DNA from: Candidatus Bathyarchaeota archaeon
GTDB taxonomy: Archaea > Thermoproteota > Bathyarchaeia > Bathyarchaeales > Bathycorpusculaceae
Assembly: GCA_963782525.1 (NCBI GenBank)
Contig: CAWAKC010000009.1
Location: 32,001-96,000 of the forward strand
Length of the DNA: 64,000 nt
Reading direction: 5' to 3'
Positions 9,219 through 20,037 of the stretch are shown here, piece after piece. Position 1 is the first letter of the stretch. Each line of letters begins with the position of its first letter. The notes under the pieces were generated by a model, which was not told the origin of the DNA, searched no databases, and saw only the letters and a list, made by a program, of their open reading frames with translations. Both the position numbers and the translations under genes were made by a program.

Positions 9219-11036
9219 CTACGGCAAAGCAAAATCATGCTTAAGAAAATTCACATCATACTCTCCATTGTCATAAATTCTGCTCAATCGCGACTCATTC
9301 GTACTATTATCCAAGTAATAATTATAGGCCGTTATATTATACCCAAGAAAACCGTTCTTATAAAATCCCTGACCATTAATATCAAATATCACATAGTTAA
9401 CGTTCGTAATTTCAGAATAAGGAAGAGGATAAAAATCATTGAAAGTGTAATGGTTCAACGAATAATTAGCACTTGAAAGCAGACGACCACCCAAAGTACC
9501 CACAGAGATATTCTTTGAATCTCCTAAGAACTGTGAAGTTGCAACAGCTTGATCATTAATTGTGAAAAAAGTTGACTGATACCAAGCTGTAGAGAAACCA
9601 AGTAAGCAAGTTACAATTATTAAGGGTACAACAACAAGCTTTAGATATTTTATAAAACGTAAATGCCCAATAGATGCAGAAATTCGCTGAATCCGAAAAG
9701 TCAACTTAGAACTCGACTTATCCATTCCTACCACATTTTTGGAACTACTCTGAAGGATACCCAGTTTTTCTAGAAGCAAAACTGACAGAATAGAAGAGGT
9801 GATCAAAAAGAAAGAAAGAAAACGGTCAAAAATTGAGGCCCCAAAAACGCCGTTTCTAAAAAGAACATCAGCTAAAGTGAGCAAAACCGGAGCTAAAATA
9901 AAAGCAACGTAAGTATAAAAATGCTTATCAGTTGAACGCCATTTCATTAACCACCCAAAGAACAAATAAGATAGCGACATTACGCCGAAAACAGCTAGAA
10001 CAAAAAATCTTATACGCTGAGGGTAAACCGTTACCTCAGCCGCGGTTTTATGTGTAAACTGTTGTGCAATGACACTTGGAATTGAAAGAATATTTTTGGA
10101 GCCGCCAATTATGCCGTTAACGATTTCTTGTTGATTTGAGGTTGCAAACAAAGTAAGCCAAGACAACCACATAATAACAAACAAGAATACGGGCGACTTG
10201 AATAAACCTGAAAATCTAATGGGCTTACCTGAAAAAACTGCAGTAACCAATCCGCGAACAACAAGAAAAGTTAAAACAATAACAAGAGTCGTTGGATGCG
10301 AAATAATTATGAAACCAAACAAAACAGTAGCAATTAACTTCCATTTGAAGCCAGACCGCTCCAAAGCCACAAGAACAAGAATCCCCATCACAAAGCCAAG
10401 CGATTCGGGAGAGAGATGCAATTGCAAGTAACTGTTAGCTAAAATGGCGAAGAGCAGGGCAAGACGATAATTTACTGATGACAAATAGGTCTTAAAAAAC
10501 AAGAAAAACGCAATAAAAGTAAGAGTTCCAGAGAACACGGGGTAAAAACGAATCAAAGGCATGATTTCAACATTTGAAGAAGAAATAGGACCAGCAAGAT
10601 TTAGCACCGGCCTAATAGTATCTAGCCAAATAGAAAACCCCGGATAATTTATAGGATAATCTCTGAAAAGCCCCGAAGGATCCGAATTAGCTAAGGGAAT
10701 GTGACCAGTAGTTGCAAGGGGACTAGATTCAAAGAAGTGAAGATAAGAATCCCAATGGTAGGGATTGCTAAGAAACATCGATGGGATGTTCCAAACTAAC
10801 AACCCTAAAAGTAAGGCTTTTACAAAGAAAAATCTGTCAGAATCAGACTTAAACGAAATCAAAATAGAAGCTATGCAAAACCCGATCCCAACAAAATATG
10901 CGATGGGAAGCATCTGCATTAAGCCAAATTGAAAATTTAGTGGAACATAATTTATGGAAGGTTTTATCGAAAGAAGACACAGACTAACTCCAAGAGCAAA
11001 ACAAATTAGTGAAATCTTCTCTGGTGATTTAGTCAT
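9219..11036 (-). CDS. Polytopic membrane protein (GT-C/Wzy-like oligosaccharide polymerase or transferase)
   Basis: More than 10 TM segments, WDSYLH loop, YP.F, SHPTT and C-terminal RIYDNG motifs; glycan-locus context. Confidence 0.6.
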   Translation of the reverse strand: MTKSPEKISLICFALGVSLCLLSIKPSINYVPLNFQFGLMQMLPIAYFVGIGFCIASILISFKSDSDRFFFVKALLLGLLVWNIPSMFLSNPYHWDSYLHFFESSPLATTGHIPLANSDPSGLFRDYPINYPGFSIWLDTIRPVLNLAGPISSSNVEIMPLIRFYPVFSGTLTFIAFFLFFKTYLSSVNYRLALLFAILANSYLQLHLSPESLGFVMGILVLVALERSGFKWKLIATVLFGFIIISHPTTLVIVLTFLVVRGLVTAVFSGKPIRFSGLFKSPVFLFVIMWLSWLTLFATSNQQEIVNGIIGGSKNILSIPSVIAQQFTHKTAAEVTVYPQRIRFFVLAVFGVMSLSYLFFGWLMKWRSTDKHFYTYVAFILAPVLLTLADVLFRNGVFGASIFDRFLSFFLITSSILSVLLLEKLGILQSSSKNVVGMDKSSSKLTFRIQRISASIGHLRFIKYLKLVVVPLIIVTCLLGFSTAWYQSTFFTINDQAVATSQFLGDSKNISVGTLGGRLLSSANYSLNHYTFNDFYPLPYSEITNVNYVIFDINGQGFYKNGFLGYNITAYNYYLDNSTNESRLSRIYDNGEYDVNFLKHDFALP

Positions 11037-11100
11037 ATCAGGTAGTCTTCTAATCTTCCACGCACCTCCTTAAAAACTGCTCTTGCAAACACCGCAATAT

Positions 11101-12219
11101 TTAAGCAGGGTAAACTTTTTGCGCACCTTGCTTCTTAACAAACAGGCGATAAAGCTTAACGAAAGCCTTCTTGTCAAGCTTTGAATATTTTAAAGCAAAC
11201 TTCATCAACATCTGTGATCTACGTATACTTTTGTAGCTACTGCCGCTTTTCCATTCTTTTTCAAATTGACCCAAAAAAGCTTCATTAAACTTGCTTTCTT
11301 CCAGAGCCCTTACAGCTATTTCACCCGCCAACGTTCCCCCCATAATGCCGTGCCCAATACCACTCCCCCAATTTGAATCAACCATTCCAGCAGCATCCCC
11401 AATCACCAACATTCGGTCTCCATGAATTTTAGACGCATGCTCTAAAGGAATAAGGGCTGCAGTGAATCTCAACTTCGCTTTTCCAGACAACTTCACGGAC
11501 GCTAAAGGATGCTTGTATACGAGAAAATCCAAATAATCTCGAATATTTTTTTGCATTGACGAAACCACGCACCCAACACCAACATTTACGACATCCCTTT
11601 TAGGAAAAATCCATCCATAACCCCAATTTGAAACATCTCGATCAAAGAAAATCTCAAGACTCTCAGAGGAATTAGCATGCGATTCCAGCTCATAGATCGC
11701 CGAAAGCGACTTTAACATGTTACTACGGGCGTTAAAACCAATTCCAAACTTTTTAAAAGCAAGAGTGTTAGGTCCATCAGCAAATATAACGAGCTTAGTC
11801 TTTGTGCTAGAATTTTCTCCTGTTACGCAATTTTTCAAGCTAACGATTAGTCCGTTTCGATCTCGCGATACATCAGTTACCAATGTAGAGGGCAACAATT
11901 CTGCTCCTTCGTTTGAGGCTTTCGTTGCCAAGAATCTATCAAATACATTTCTTTGAACTGATATACAGGGTTGCTTATGCACATATTCTTCAGATGGAAA
12001 ATAGTAAATTGATTCCGAGATATTTTTCTCCACTACTTCCGTTGGCAAATTCAAATGTTGAGCATATATCCCTTCAATTCCACCCGCACAAACATTATTC
12101 TGCCCGGGGAAAGAATCTTTCTCAATTAGAAGAACCTTGATTCCTTTCTTAGCTATCTCACTGGCAGCAGAGGATCCAGCGGGTCCAGCCCCAATTATAA
12201 CAACATCAGAAGCAAACAT
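11101..12219 (-). CDS. Geranylgeranyl reductase family flavoprotein
   Basis: GAGPAG, R..FD..LA..A...GA, GYGWIFP, NVGVG, IGDAAG motifs. Confidence 0.85.
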   Translation of the reverse strand: MFASDVVIIGAGPAGSSAASEIAKKGIKVLLIEKDSFPGQNNVCAGGIEGIYAQHLNLPTEVVEKNISESIYYFPSEEYVHKQPCISVQRNVFDRFLATKASNEGAELLPSTLVTDVSRDRNGLIVSLKNCVTGENSSTKTKLVIFADGPNTLAFKKFGIGFNARSNMLKSLSAIYELESHANSSESLEIFFDRDVSNWGYGWIFPKRDVVNVGVGCVVSSMQKNIRDYLDFLVYKHPLASVKLSGKAKLRFTAALIPLEHASKIHGDRMLVIGDAAGMVDSNWGSGIGHGIMGGTLAGEIAVRALEESKFNEAFLGQFEKEWKSGSSYKSIRRSQMLMKFALKYSKLDKKAFVKLYRLFVKKQGAQKVYPA

Positions 12220-12350
12220 TTCGTATCCCTTCTCCCCATTATTTTTTGGCTAATAGAAAACTATGTCCAACTAATGAATTACCAAATTAGATGAATGGTA
12301 CTAGATTCTACCGTAAAAGTACAATCAGAAATTTTTTAGCGCTCTTAAAA

Positions 12351-13616
12351 TTAGCTAATTTCTTTTGTAACTTCTTCATAAAGCTCATAATAGGAATCCA
12401 ACATCTTCGACATAGTAAATTCTGTTCTAATTCGCCGATACGCATTTTCTGCATAGCGGTCTCTTTCCGTTTGATTGTTCAGAAGCCGAGCGATTGATTG
12501 GGCAACGATTTGAGGATTTTCAGGAGGAATTAAAATAGCACTATTAGAATCAAACATTTCCAAGTTTCCACCAACGGCAGTTGTGACTATAGGTAATTTC
12601 ATTGCACCTGCTTCAAGCAAAGCAATATCAAAGACTGCAACTACGGATGGAATAACAAAAATAGAAGCTACATTTAGAAACTTTAAGAGATCAAGTCTAT
12701 CCAAATAATCCACTATTAATATGGTATCCTGCAACTTCTTGTCATGTATGGTCTTTTGAAGTGTTTCTTTTAGCGGACCCCTTCCTACAATAACACAGCT
12801 AAATTTGAAAGGAACGGACTTAACTAACAACTCTATTGCTAAAATTAAGTCTGTGACACCTTTATCTTCAACCAATTTGGATACACACAAAATTAGGGGA
12901 TACGTCGAATTTATGCCAAATTTGGTTAAAAAAAGAGGATCATCGGGAATCTGATCGAACTGTCTAAAATCAATTCCGTTATAAACAATTCGAACATCTT
13001 TGTTTGAAAGCAACCTAGGATTAGCAATTTCAAACAAGTCTTGTGCGCCTTTGCTGGGAAAAGTAATGATTTCGGCTTGCTCAATTGCCTTTCGTTCAAT
13101 GTACTTCATAACTATGGGAAGTGGACCTCTTCGAAAGGTTACAGGAATTTGGTTTAGAAGATCTCGTACCCAACCACCTTTATAATGTATTGAAATTATA
13201 ATAGGATATTTTCTTCCATAGCATAACTGGCAAACAAATGCGGACAAAAGATCATTAGCATGAAAAATTACAGATGAATTCTTATGAGCGGCCAATTCAT
13301 TTCCAATGTTGTACAAGAGCATAGGGATGGAGCGAACAAACGCAAAACAGAGTCGTAAGAACCTAGGAATACGCTCACGTTTTTTGAGATTACCTTTAGA
13401 CAAAACATCCTTGTCTAATGCCTCAAGCTCTCTATAAGAATGAACAATTCTATCAAAATAAACAGCTGACACAGTGAGTTTCTGGTTTGTTTCTTCAAAA
13501 CCCTTCAACAGAACGCGGACCATTAGAGGTGGGCCGCCTAAACTGTCTTTGCTGACGTCTTTAGTAAGCAAGATCGTATGCAAACGACTACTCTTCAAAT
13601 CTGAGCTATTTTCCAT
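12351..13616 (-). CDS. Glycosyltransferase family 4 (GT-B)
   Basis: GG motif, VYNGID, EDKG, IVGRGP, LLEAGAMKLPIVTTAVGG. Confidence 0.9.
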   Translation of the reverse strand: MENSSDLKSSRLHTILLTKDVSKDSLGGPPLMVRVLLKGFEETNQKLTVSAVYFDRIVHSYRELEALDKDVLSKGNLKKRERIPRFLRLCFAFVRSIPMLLYNIGNELAAHKNSSVIFHANDLLSAFVCQLCYGRKYPIIISIHYKGGWVRDLLNQIPVTFRRGPLPIVMKYIERKAIEQAEIITFPSKGAQDLFEIANPRLLSNKDVRIVYNGIDFRQFDQIPDDPLFLTKFGINSTYPLILCVSKLVEDKGVTDLILAIELLVKSVPFKFSCVIVGRGPLKETLQKTIHDKKLQDTILIVDYLDRLDLLKFLNVASIFVIPSVVAVFDIALLEAGAMKLPIVTTAVGGNLEMFDSNSAILIPPENPQIVAQSIARLLNNQTERDRYAENAYRRIRTEFTMSKMLDSYYELYEEVTKEIS

Positions 13617-13659
13617 CCTAAATCCACTCTGTTCAAATATTCAATAAAACCTGTCAAAA

Positions 13660-14778
13660 TTACTGCAGACGATTAAATAATGATTCCATAGTATCAATCA
13701 TTAAGCCTATTGTGTACTTTTTCCTATAAAGACTATAAGCGATAGCAGATTTTTCATCAATAACTTCAGGAGACATCTCAAGTTGTTCCAATTTCAACCT
13801 GAAATCTTCAGGTGTCTTACTGAAGTATATTGCAGAGTTTTCAGCAACCTCTCTATTATAGGGACAATCAATAGCTAAAGTCACATTTTTGCAGCTTAAA
13901 GCTTCAATTAAAGAAGGATTTGCTCCACCAACTTCATGACCATGAACATAAACAAAACAATTATGCCTCAAAGTTCTTTGAACCTGAGGGTCAAATATTC
14001 CACCTAAGAAAAGAACTCTATCATCATGGCACTCCAAAAGTTTCCTTACAAAATCACTGTTTTTCAATGGCCCAACAATGGCCAACTTCTTTTTTGAATT
14101 AGATATGCAGAATTCAGCTAAAATCAAGTCTATGTTATTTTCAGGCTCTAACCTTGCAATTACCAAATAATAATCTTGTTTTGATAGGTTAAATTTATTC
14201 AAACATTCATCTGCAGAACTGTTTTCAAATGGTTGAATTTCCTCCACACCAGTTGGAACATACAATGAAGCAATTGAATAATTTTGATCATAATATTGGC
14301 CAATGACCGGCGAATCAACAAGTACTTTATTTGAAACTTTAACGATGACTTTTTCGAACTGTTTAAGTTGGAACCGCAAAAAACGGCTAAATTTCCTACG
14401 TTTCCACTCTAACCCGTCGACGTGAACAAAAACTTTGCGTCCCAACAATCTAGGAACGATTAGGCTTGGTGGAAAATAACAACCTAACATTAAAATATGA
14501 TCAGTCTTTAGAGAAGCCCAAAAAATGGAAAGCATATCATACAAACCAGGTTCAGCTAAATTGCGAATTGCTTCAATAATTGGAAAATAGACTAATTTAG
14601 CTCCATAATATTCTTCAGAAGCTTTAGGATTAAGGAGTTTTGTTTCACAACTTACGTATACTTCAAAACCTCTTAAGGACAATTCCTTACTAAGGTGTTT
14701 TGCAATTGTTTCAAAGCCACCGTACTTTGGAGGCAGTCCTCGGGTTCCAAGAATAGCAATTGATGTTTTTCTATTCAT
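13660..14778 (-). CDS. GT4 glycosyltransferase with DUF1972 N-terminus
   Basis: GTRGLPPKYGGFET, DGLEWKR, ARLEPENN, HGHEVGGANPSLIEAL. Confidence 0.9.
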   Translation of the reverse strand: MNRKTSIAILGTRGLPPKYGGFETIAKHLSKELSLRGFEVYVSCETKLLNPKASEEYYGAKLVYFPIIEAIRNLAEPGLYDMLSIFWASLKTDHILMLGCYFPPSLIVPRLLGRKVFVHVDGLEWKRRKFSRFLRFQLKQFEKVIVKVSNKVLVDSPVIGQYYDQNYSIASLYVPTGVEEIQPFENSSADECLNKFNLSKQDYYLVIARLEPENNIDLILAEFCISNSKKKLAIVGPLKNSDFVRKLLECHDDRVLFLGGIFDPQVQRTLRHNCFVYVHGHEVGGANPSLIEALSCKNVTLAIDCPYNREVAENSAIYFSKTPEDFRLKLEQLEMSPEVIDEKSAIAYSLYRKKYTIGLMIDTMESLFNRLQ

Positions 14779-14942
14779 AATCCCGTCAACAACTATGGTG
14801 ATTTATAATCGTATTGGCAACTCACTCGATAGGAAATCAATATTGCGTTTAGACCCGCTTACAAAATAAGGGCGAAAAACAACCGAACTTTAAGGCTTTC
14901 TTGCGTCTCAAAAACAAAATAGTTGAACTAATAACAAATCGA

Positions 14943-15695
14943 CTATAAGGAACGAAAAAACTCTAGAAAAATTGTGTTAAGAATTCTGAAGCCATCTCTA
15001 AAAGTGTGGAGGTTAGAATTTCCATTTTTTCTCTCATACTCTATACTCGGAACCTCTTGAACCACTAACCCCAAATCTAATGCTTTAATAAAAATCTCAG
15101 TCTCGATCTCAAAGCCATCAGACTTCAAAACCGGAGACAACTTTTCAATCGCATTCTTGTTAAATGCCATATACCCATAACACAAATCAGTGTATTTACT
15201 TAACCAGAAAAGATTCACGGCGAATATCATCATGGAATTGCCAAACCACCTAAGAGCATCCATATCGAAAGTCCGGCCACCTTTTAAGAAGCGAGAACCT
15301 TTTACAACGTCTACGCCATGATTCAGAGCTTTAACAAACTCGGGTATTTCCCCAGGATTCATGGAACAATCTGCGTCCATTAGAACATAGGCGTCAACGT
15401 CAAAATAGTGGTTTTTTAGAACTTGACGAATGGCATTTCCTTTTCCTTGATCTACTTGAGAGACAACTTTTGCACCACATTTTTCTGCAACTTTTATGGT
15501 ATTGTCTTTTGACTTCCCATCAATAACTAAAATATTTTTGTAACCTATCTTATTCACCTTATTGAGAACTTCTTCAATATTTTTCTCCTCATTTATTGCA
15601 GGTATAACAATTCCGACGTTTAACGGCGTATATTTTGAAATTTCTTCAATATTATCCTTAGATGACATCGATGAAGACCCAGAATTAACCACCAT
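14943..15695 (-). CDS. GT2 glycosyltransferase, dolichol-phosphate-mannose-synthase-like
   Basis: IPAINEE, IDGKSKD.T, GKG.A, MDAD, GSRF, TDLCYGY, FEIETE. Confidence 0.9.
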   Translation of the reverse strand: MVVNSGSSSMSSKDNIEEISKYTPLNVGIVIPAINEEKNIEEVLNKVNKIGYKNILVIDGKSKDNTIKVAEKCGAKVVSQVDQGKGNAIRQVLKNHYFDVDAYVLMDADCSMNPGEIPEFVKALNHGVDVVKGSRFLKGGRTFDMDALRWFGNSMMIFAVNLFWLSKYTDLCYGYMAFNKNAIEKLSPVLKSDGFEIETEIFIKALDLGLVVQEVPSIEYERKNGNSNLHTFRDGFRILNTIFLEFFRSL

Positions 15696-15964
15696 AAAAC
15701 ACCAACCTCAAAACACGATTTTTAGATTTCTTGTATTTTCACTACAATTCCAATTTGGAAAAAGAATTAGATTGAGCAGCATCACTCGTTAGGAAAAACC
15801 GTTAGCTTTTAAAATTTAACTCTTTGAACAGTTAGTATTTTCTTTTTAGAGTCAATCTTGCGAAAGTTCACGAATCAAAATTACACAAATTCTTATTGCT
15901 TTTGTAATTATTTCTTTAAACCAGTTTATTTCAAAATTTTGAACAGTCTTTAAATAATTCAGAC

Positions 15965-16684
15965 TTAATATGTAGCATTTGACATTATTCTTCTAAAAAT
16001 TTCAAGACTATTCTTGAATCCAAGTTTCTTTTCACCCAAACGCTCACGATACCTAATCGGAACCTCCATGATTCCAAAACCTTCCCGCTCAATATGATTA
16101 TTGAGCACTTCAATATAAAAGCCCTTAGATTTTACCCTCCAATTTCTAAGGATACCCGCACGCACCACACGCAATCCTGTCAACGGACCAACCAACGAGA
16201 CACTGTTTAACAAATTATGGACAAAGGCAATGAACCGATTGCCCAAGTAGAAAATGCCATTTAATCCTTTGAGGTCTAAGTAACCGCTGAATCTGTTACC
16301 ACATACCGTGCCCACATCGGGCGTCTCCTCCAAAATTTTAATCATCTCTGGAACGTGTTCAGCGGGATACGTGTAATCTGCATCTGTTATAACAATGCAA
16401 TCAACTTTTGGATCCGAGAACTAAATTGCCGTAGCTAAAGCATCACCCTTGCCTAATCCATCTTGTAAAAGAACTTGGGCGCCCAATTTCTTGGCTACCT
16501 CGACCGTTCGATCTGTGCTTCTGCCATCAACAACCAAAATCCGCGTATTCTTAAGAGTTTTGTTAAGCTCAGAAATTGTGAGGCCGATGCCTTCTTCCTC
16601 GTTTAGCGCAGCTATGAGGACTTGCGTAGAAGGGGCACCCTGTTTTCCTCCCGCCACCTTATGCTCCTCTGAATACTTACTCAA
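15965..16684 (-). pseudogene. GT2 (DPM-like) paralog interrupted by an in-frame TAG at 16421-16423
   Basis: ORFs 16421..16684 and 15965..16345 are in one frame; TAG stands where the paralogs have AAG (ATAIK); a codon is also missing in FYIEV-LN versus FDVEVELN. Confidence 0.85.
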
Positions 16685-16742
16685 TTAGCAAACCAACCTC
16701 TTTTCAGGTTCTATTCGAAATTTTGGGTTATAAAACAGGAAT

Positions 16743-17342
16743 TTAGAGGGTTCGGGTTAGATTCAATTGAAGGCTTACGTATCGATAGTTAAATTCAACT
16801 GTTCCTGTTTGCCCATTGTAGAGCCATAGTTCAAAGAATAGTCGATATGAGTATGTGGTGCTGTTTGAATTCCATGTGGTGGGTTTTTCTACGTTAAGTG
16901 TGACATCGTTTATTTTTAGGGTGTTGATTTGTGCGTTGTTTCCTTGGATTGAAGCGTTAGAAACTGAAAAATTCAGAAGGCTCTGCCAATTTGTGCTGTC
17001 TGGAATTGAAAACCGGTATTCATACAAGGGCGTAAGGGGACTTGGTGTTCCAGAAGTTGCATTTGGAAATTGATCGGTCTCGTTGCCAAGCTTCACATAC
17101 AAGACATAGTAAGCTGAGGCGCCTAAGTGGTTTCCAACATTTACATAAACGGAGTAGTTCTGGCCAACCGCCATGTTGGATGGGTAGTTTTCAGCCATTT
17201 GGTTTGGACCTAAAAGGTAAAGCTCAGAAAACTGCTCGCCGACGGGAGGCTGAATGGCGCCAGCAATTGCGTGGGAGGCAATGAGCAGAGAGCCAATTAT
17301 TGCAACGGCAATAAAGATGAGTTTGTAGTCTCCAAGTTTCAT
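16743..17342 (-). CDS. DUF1616-domain membrane-anchored protein
   Basis: N-terminal TM, EQFSELYLLGP..AENYP, NHLG..YYVLYVK, RLFFELW. Confidence 0.75.
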   Translation of the reverse strand: MKLGDYKLIFIAVAIIGSLLIASHAIAGAIQPPVGEQFSELYLLGPNQMAENYPSNMAVGQNYSVYVNVGNHLGASAYYVLYVKLGNETDQFPNATSGTPSPLTPLYEYRFSIPDSTNWQSLLNFSVSNASIQGNNAQINTLKINDVTLNVEKPTTWNSNSTTYSYRLFFELWLYNGQTGTVEFNYRYVSLQLNLTRTL

Positions 17343-17845
17343 GAGTTGACTACCTCGGGTTTTGCTTCAGATAAACGCTCAATGTAATTTCGTTTATAAC
17401 GTCGCCAAACCAAGAACAAAACTAAAACAAACACTAAAACACCAATGACTGTTAAGGCTATGGTGGACCAGAAGCCGTTTTGACTGGAGACTATGGCGGT
17501 TTGTTGGGCATCTTGAGCTTCGTTTGTGACTTGTTGCGCTATTGGGAGGACGCTGTCTGCCTGAGTTGCGGCTTTGTTGGAGTCTCCAGTTCGGTTTGAG
17601 TTTTCTGCTTGAGCCAAGAGGCCCTGGGCAACATTAATCTGAGCCAGCAGATCTGCAACGTTAGCGCCAGCTTTTTCAGCATCCAAAACTGCGTTAAACG
17701 CCTGGTTAACTGCAGTGTTGGCTGCCTGCAACTTTGAGGTAGCTTGGTCTATTTGAGCAGTTGCCAGTTGAACACCAAGAAGGCATACGCTAAGCGCAAG
17801 CACAATCAGTAAAGCAACTATCGATTGTTTGATGTTAACACCCAA
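17339..17845 (-). CDS. Secreted helical protein with C-terminal membrane anchor
   Basis: Signal peptide, Ala/Gln-rich helices (DAEKAGANV), C-terminal TM followed by WRRYKR; overlaps the next gene by 4 nt. Confidence 0.75.
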   Translation of the reverse strand: MGVNIKQSIVALLIVLALSVCLLGVQLATAQIDQATSKLQAANTAVNQAFNAVLDAEKAGANVADLLAQINVAQGLLAQAENSNRTGDSNKAATQADSVLPIAQQVTNEAQDAQQTAIVSSQNGFWSTIALTVIGVLVFVLVLFLVWRRYKRNYIERLSEAKPEVVNS

Positions 17846-17872
17846 TTTTTTTCGCTCACAAATGTTGCTTTT

Positions 17873-18170
17873 CTAACAGCGTTGAGCTAGCCGTTCACGC
17901 TCCGAAACTAAGTTGTTGAGCATTTTCTGGGCGTTGCAGTAGCGCTCATGCAATTGTTTGTATTGGTTTAGCATTGTTGCGCCATGCTCAGTTGTCGTAT
18001 ACTTAGTTCCGTTCGCCTCAACAAATCCAGCCCGCAGGCAAATATCCAAATATTTTTCTAGAAGAGTGAAGCTCAAGTTTGCGCTAAACATGATTTGTTT
18101 TGCTTGCACCACATTTCACTGCTTCCAATATTGCAGCAATGATGCTTAGCCCATCACGATTTTTACCCAA
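17873..18170 (-). pseudogene. Frameshifted winged-helix regulator (HTH_45/DUF4364-like)
   Basis: TTG at 18170 gives LGKNRDGLSIIAAILEAVKCGASKT; the frame shifts near 18095 into IMFSANLSF..LEKYL. Confidence 0.75.
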
Positions 18171-18320
18171 AAAAACCTTTCCAGTCAAAGATTTTTCTAT
18201 CGAATCCCTCACTAATTCCTGCTATTGAGAAATCGCAGAACAAAGGGCTCGTTCATTAGTTATGATAATGTTACTTTTTGAAACAGATTAACTTGATTTA
18301 AAGTCGTTCGAAGAGTGCGT

Positions 18321-19019
18321 TTAATATGTTGCTTCAGACATTATGCGCATAAAAATTTCGATGCTATTCATAAATCCAAGCTTCTTCTCACCCAACCGCT
18401 CACGGTACTTAATGGGAACTTCTACAATGCCAAAACCTTCACGCTCCACATAATGATTAAGCTCCACCTCAACATCAAAACCCTTAGATCTTACACACCA
18501 ATTTCTAAGAAGCTTCGCACGCACCACTCGCAATCCTGTCAACGGATCCGCTAAAGAGACTCCGTTTAGAATGTTGTGTGCAAAAGCAATTAACCGATTG
18601 CCCAAATAAAATACGGCATTCAAACCCTTTAAATCTAAATAACCGCTAAATCGGTTTCCGCAAACCATTCCCACTTCAGGATTTTCATCCAAAATCTGAA
18701 TCATTCCTGGAACATGTTCAGCAGGATATGTGTAATCTGCATCTGTAATAACGATATAATCAACGGTTAAGTCCGAGCACTTAATCGCCGTAGCTAACGC
18801 AGTACCCTTGCCTAAGCCCTCCTGCAAAATAACTTGGGCGCCCAAATTCTTGGCTACCTCGACGGTATGATCTGTGCTTCTGCCATCAACAACCAAAATC
18901 CGCGTATTCTTAAGAGTTTTGTTAAGCTCAGAAATTGTGAGGCCGATGCCTTCTTCCTCGTTTAGCGCAGCTATGAGGACTTGCGTAGAAGGGGCACTAG
19001 GCATTTCTTTTTTCACCAC
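18321..19019 (-). CDS. GT2 glycosyltransferase (DPM-like)
   Basis: AALNEE, VDGRSTD, TDAD, GNRF, DPLTG, GFDVEVE. Confidence 0.9.
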   Translation of the reverse strand: MVKKEMPSAPSTQVLIAALNEEEGIGLTISELNKTLKNTRILVVDGRSTDHTVEVAKNLGAQVILQEGLGKGTALATAIKCSDLTVDYIVITDADYTYPAEHVPGMIQILDENPEVGMVCGNRFSGYLDLKGLNAVFYLGNRLIAFAHNILNGVSLADPLTGLRVVRAKLLRNWCVRSKGFDVEVELNHYVEREGFGIVEVPIKYRERLGEKKLGFMNSIEIFMRIMSEATY

Positions 19020-19247
19020 TTATCAAAACTCTTTTTTTATGGCTACAAACTTTTAAACTATGAATGTCTTTTAGTCGATACGATGATATATCAACTTTTA
19101 TAATCTCAAATTGTCAATCCTATTAGCGCAACAACCCAACAATTTATGAAAAATCTGCAAAGTTGTTTCTCGTGACATACATAGCCGACAATTACAAAAC
19201 CTTATATCCTAAGAGTCAAGCAGGAGTACAATACAGGTGTACCGAAG

Positions 19248-19367
19248 ATAAATGCAACCTGTAGAAAAAAACGCAGTAAACTCGCATTAGTTTCACTCGC
19301 TCCCTTATTCTGGGCAGTCTTTGTTGTCGGCTGGATCATGTCTTGGATAGGACAATTAAGCCATTAA
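19248..19367 (+). pseudogene. Small basic single-TM peptide with lost ATG (paralog of 39647..39769)
   Basis: INATCRKKRSKLALVSLAPLFWAVFVVGWIMSWIGQLSH*; AAG stands where the second copy has ATG. Confidence 0.5.
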
Positions 19368-19747
19368 ACATCCACAAACACTAACTCGCCCAAAAATATC
19401 TCGCACAATGAAAACCCTAATGCAAAAAACCAGCTAAAGCCCCCAACACAAAAACAAAAAATAAGCTTACCGCCAATGGATCCCTTCCTGACAGAAGCAG
19501 ACAGAAAAAAGTAAAGCTCTAACTAAGCGTTAAAAAAACAATTCGCTTTCGCCAGATGTTATTCTGAATGTATCTGTATTTACGTTTTTCGCTATCAACC
19601 GTTAAATCCATTGCTTGGTTGGTGAAAATATTTTTGATGAATTCTTTTCAACTCTAAACTGTTTTCTCAAAAACCAGTAGTTTTAAAATAAAGGATTTAT
19701 TTCATATTCAAAAAATTGGTATACCCAACCAAAAAATCTCTCGGCAT

Positions 19748-19981
19748 TTATTGCGGCTTTTCTTTTTTTTCGGTTTGGCCTGCTATATTTAGGACCTGCT
19801 TGGTTAATGCGTCGTTTAGGCGTTCAGCTTCTGCGGGTGTACAGTGGGGGGCTTTCAAATTTTGGAGATGCATATTTACATGATCTTCTATGGCTTTGCC
19901 CATTTCTTTCAAATCGGGCACCACCAGGATTTCGTCTCCACACTCGCACCTAACTTTGGGTAAGCCTTTGGGTTTCTTCAT
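19748..19981 (-). CDS. Small putative Zn-binding protein (CxC...HxxxH)
   Basis: VRCECGDEILVVPDL..M..AI..HV..H; paralogs at 40164 and 55268. Confidence 0.75.
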   Translation of the reverse strand: MKKPKGLPKVRCECGDEILVVPDLKEMGKAIEDHVNMHLQNLKAPHCTPAEAERLNDALTKQVLNIAGQTEKKEKPQ

Positions 19982-20037
19982 TTTCCATCAACTTAATCTT
20001 TATTTTGATAAAAGTGGCTTGCAAAAATTTTTTTCTT

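Noticed and set aside
16421-16423. In-frame TAG in the GT2 as pyrrolysine or readthrough
   Set aside because: It is a single AAG-to-TAG change in a copy with other lesions; TAG is used as a normal stop by several genes here; no pyl genes are in the window.
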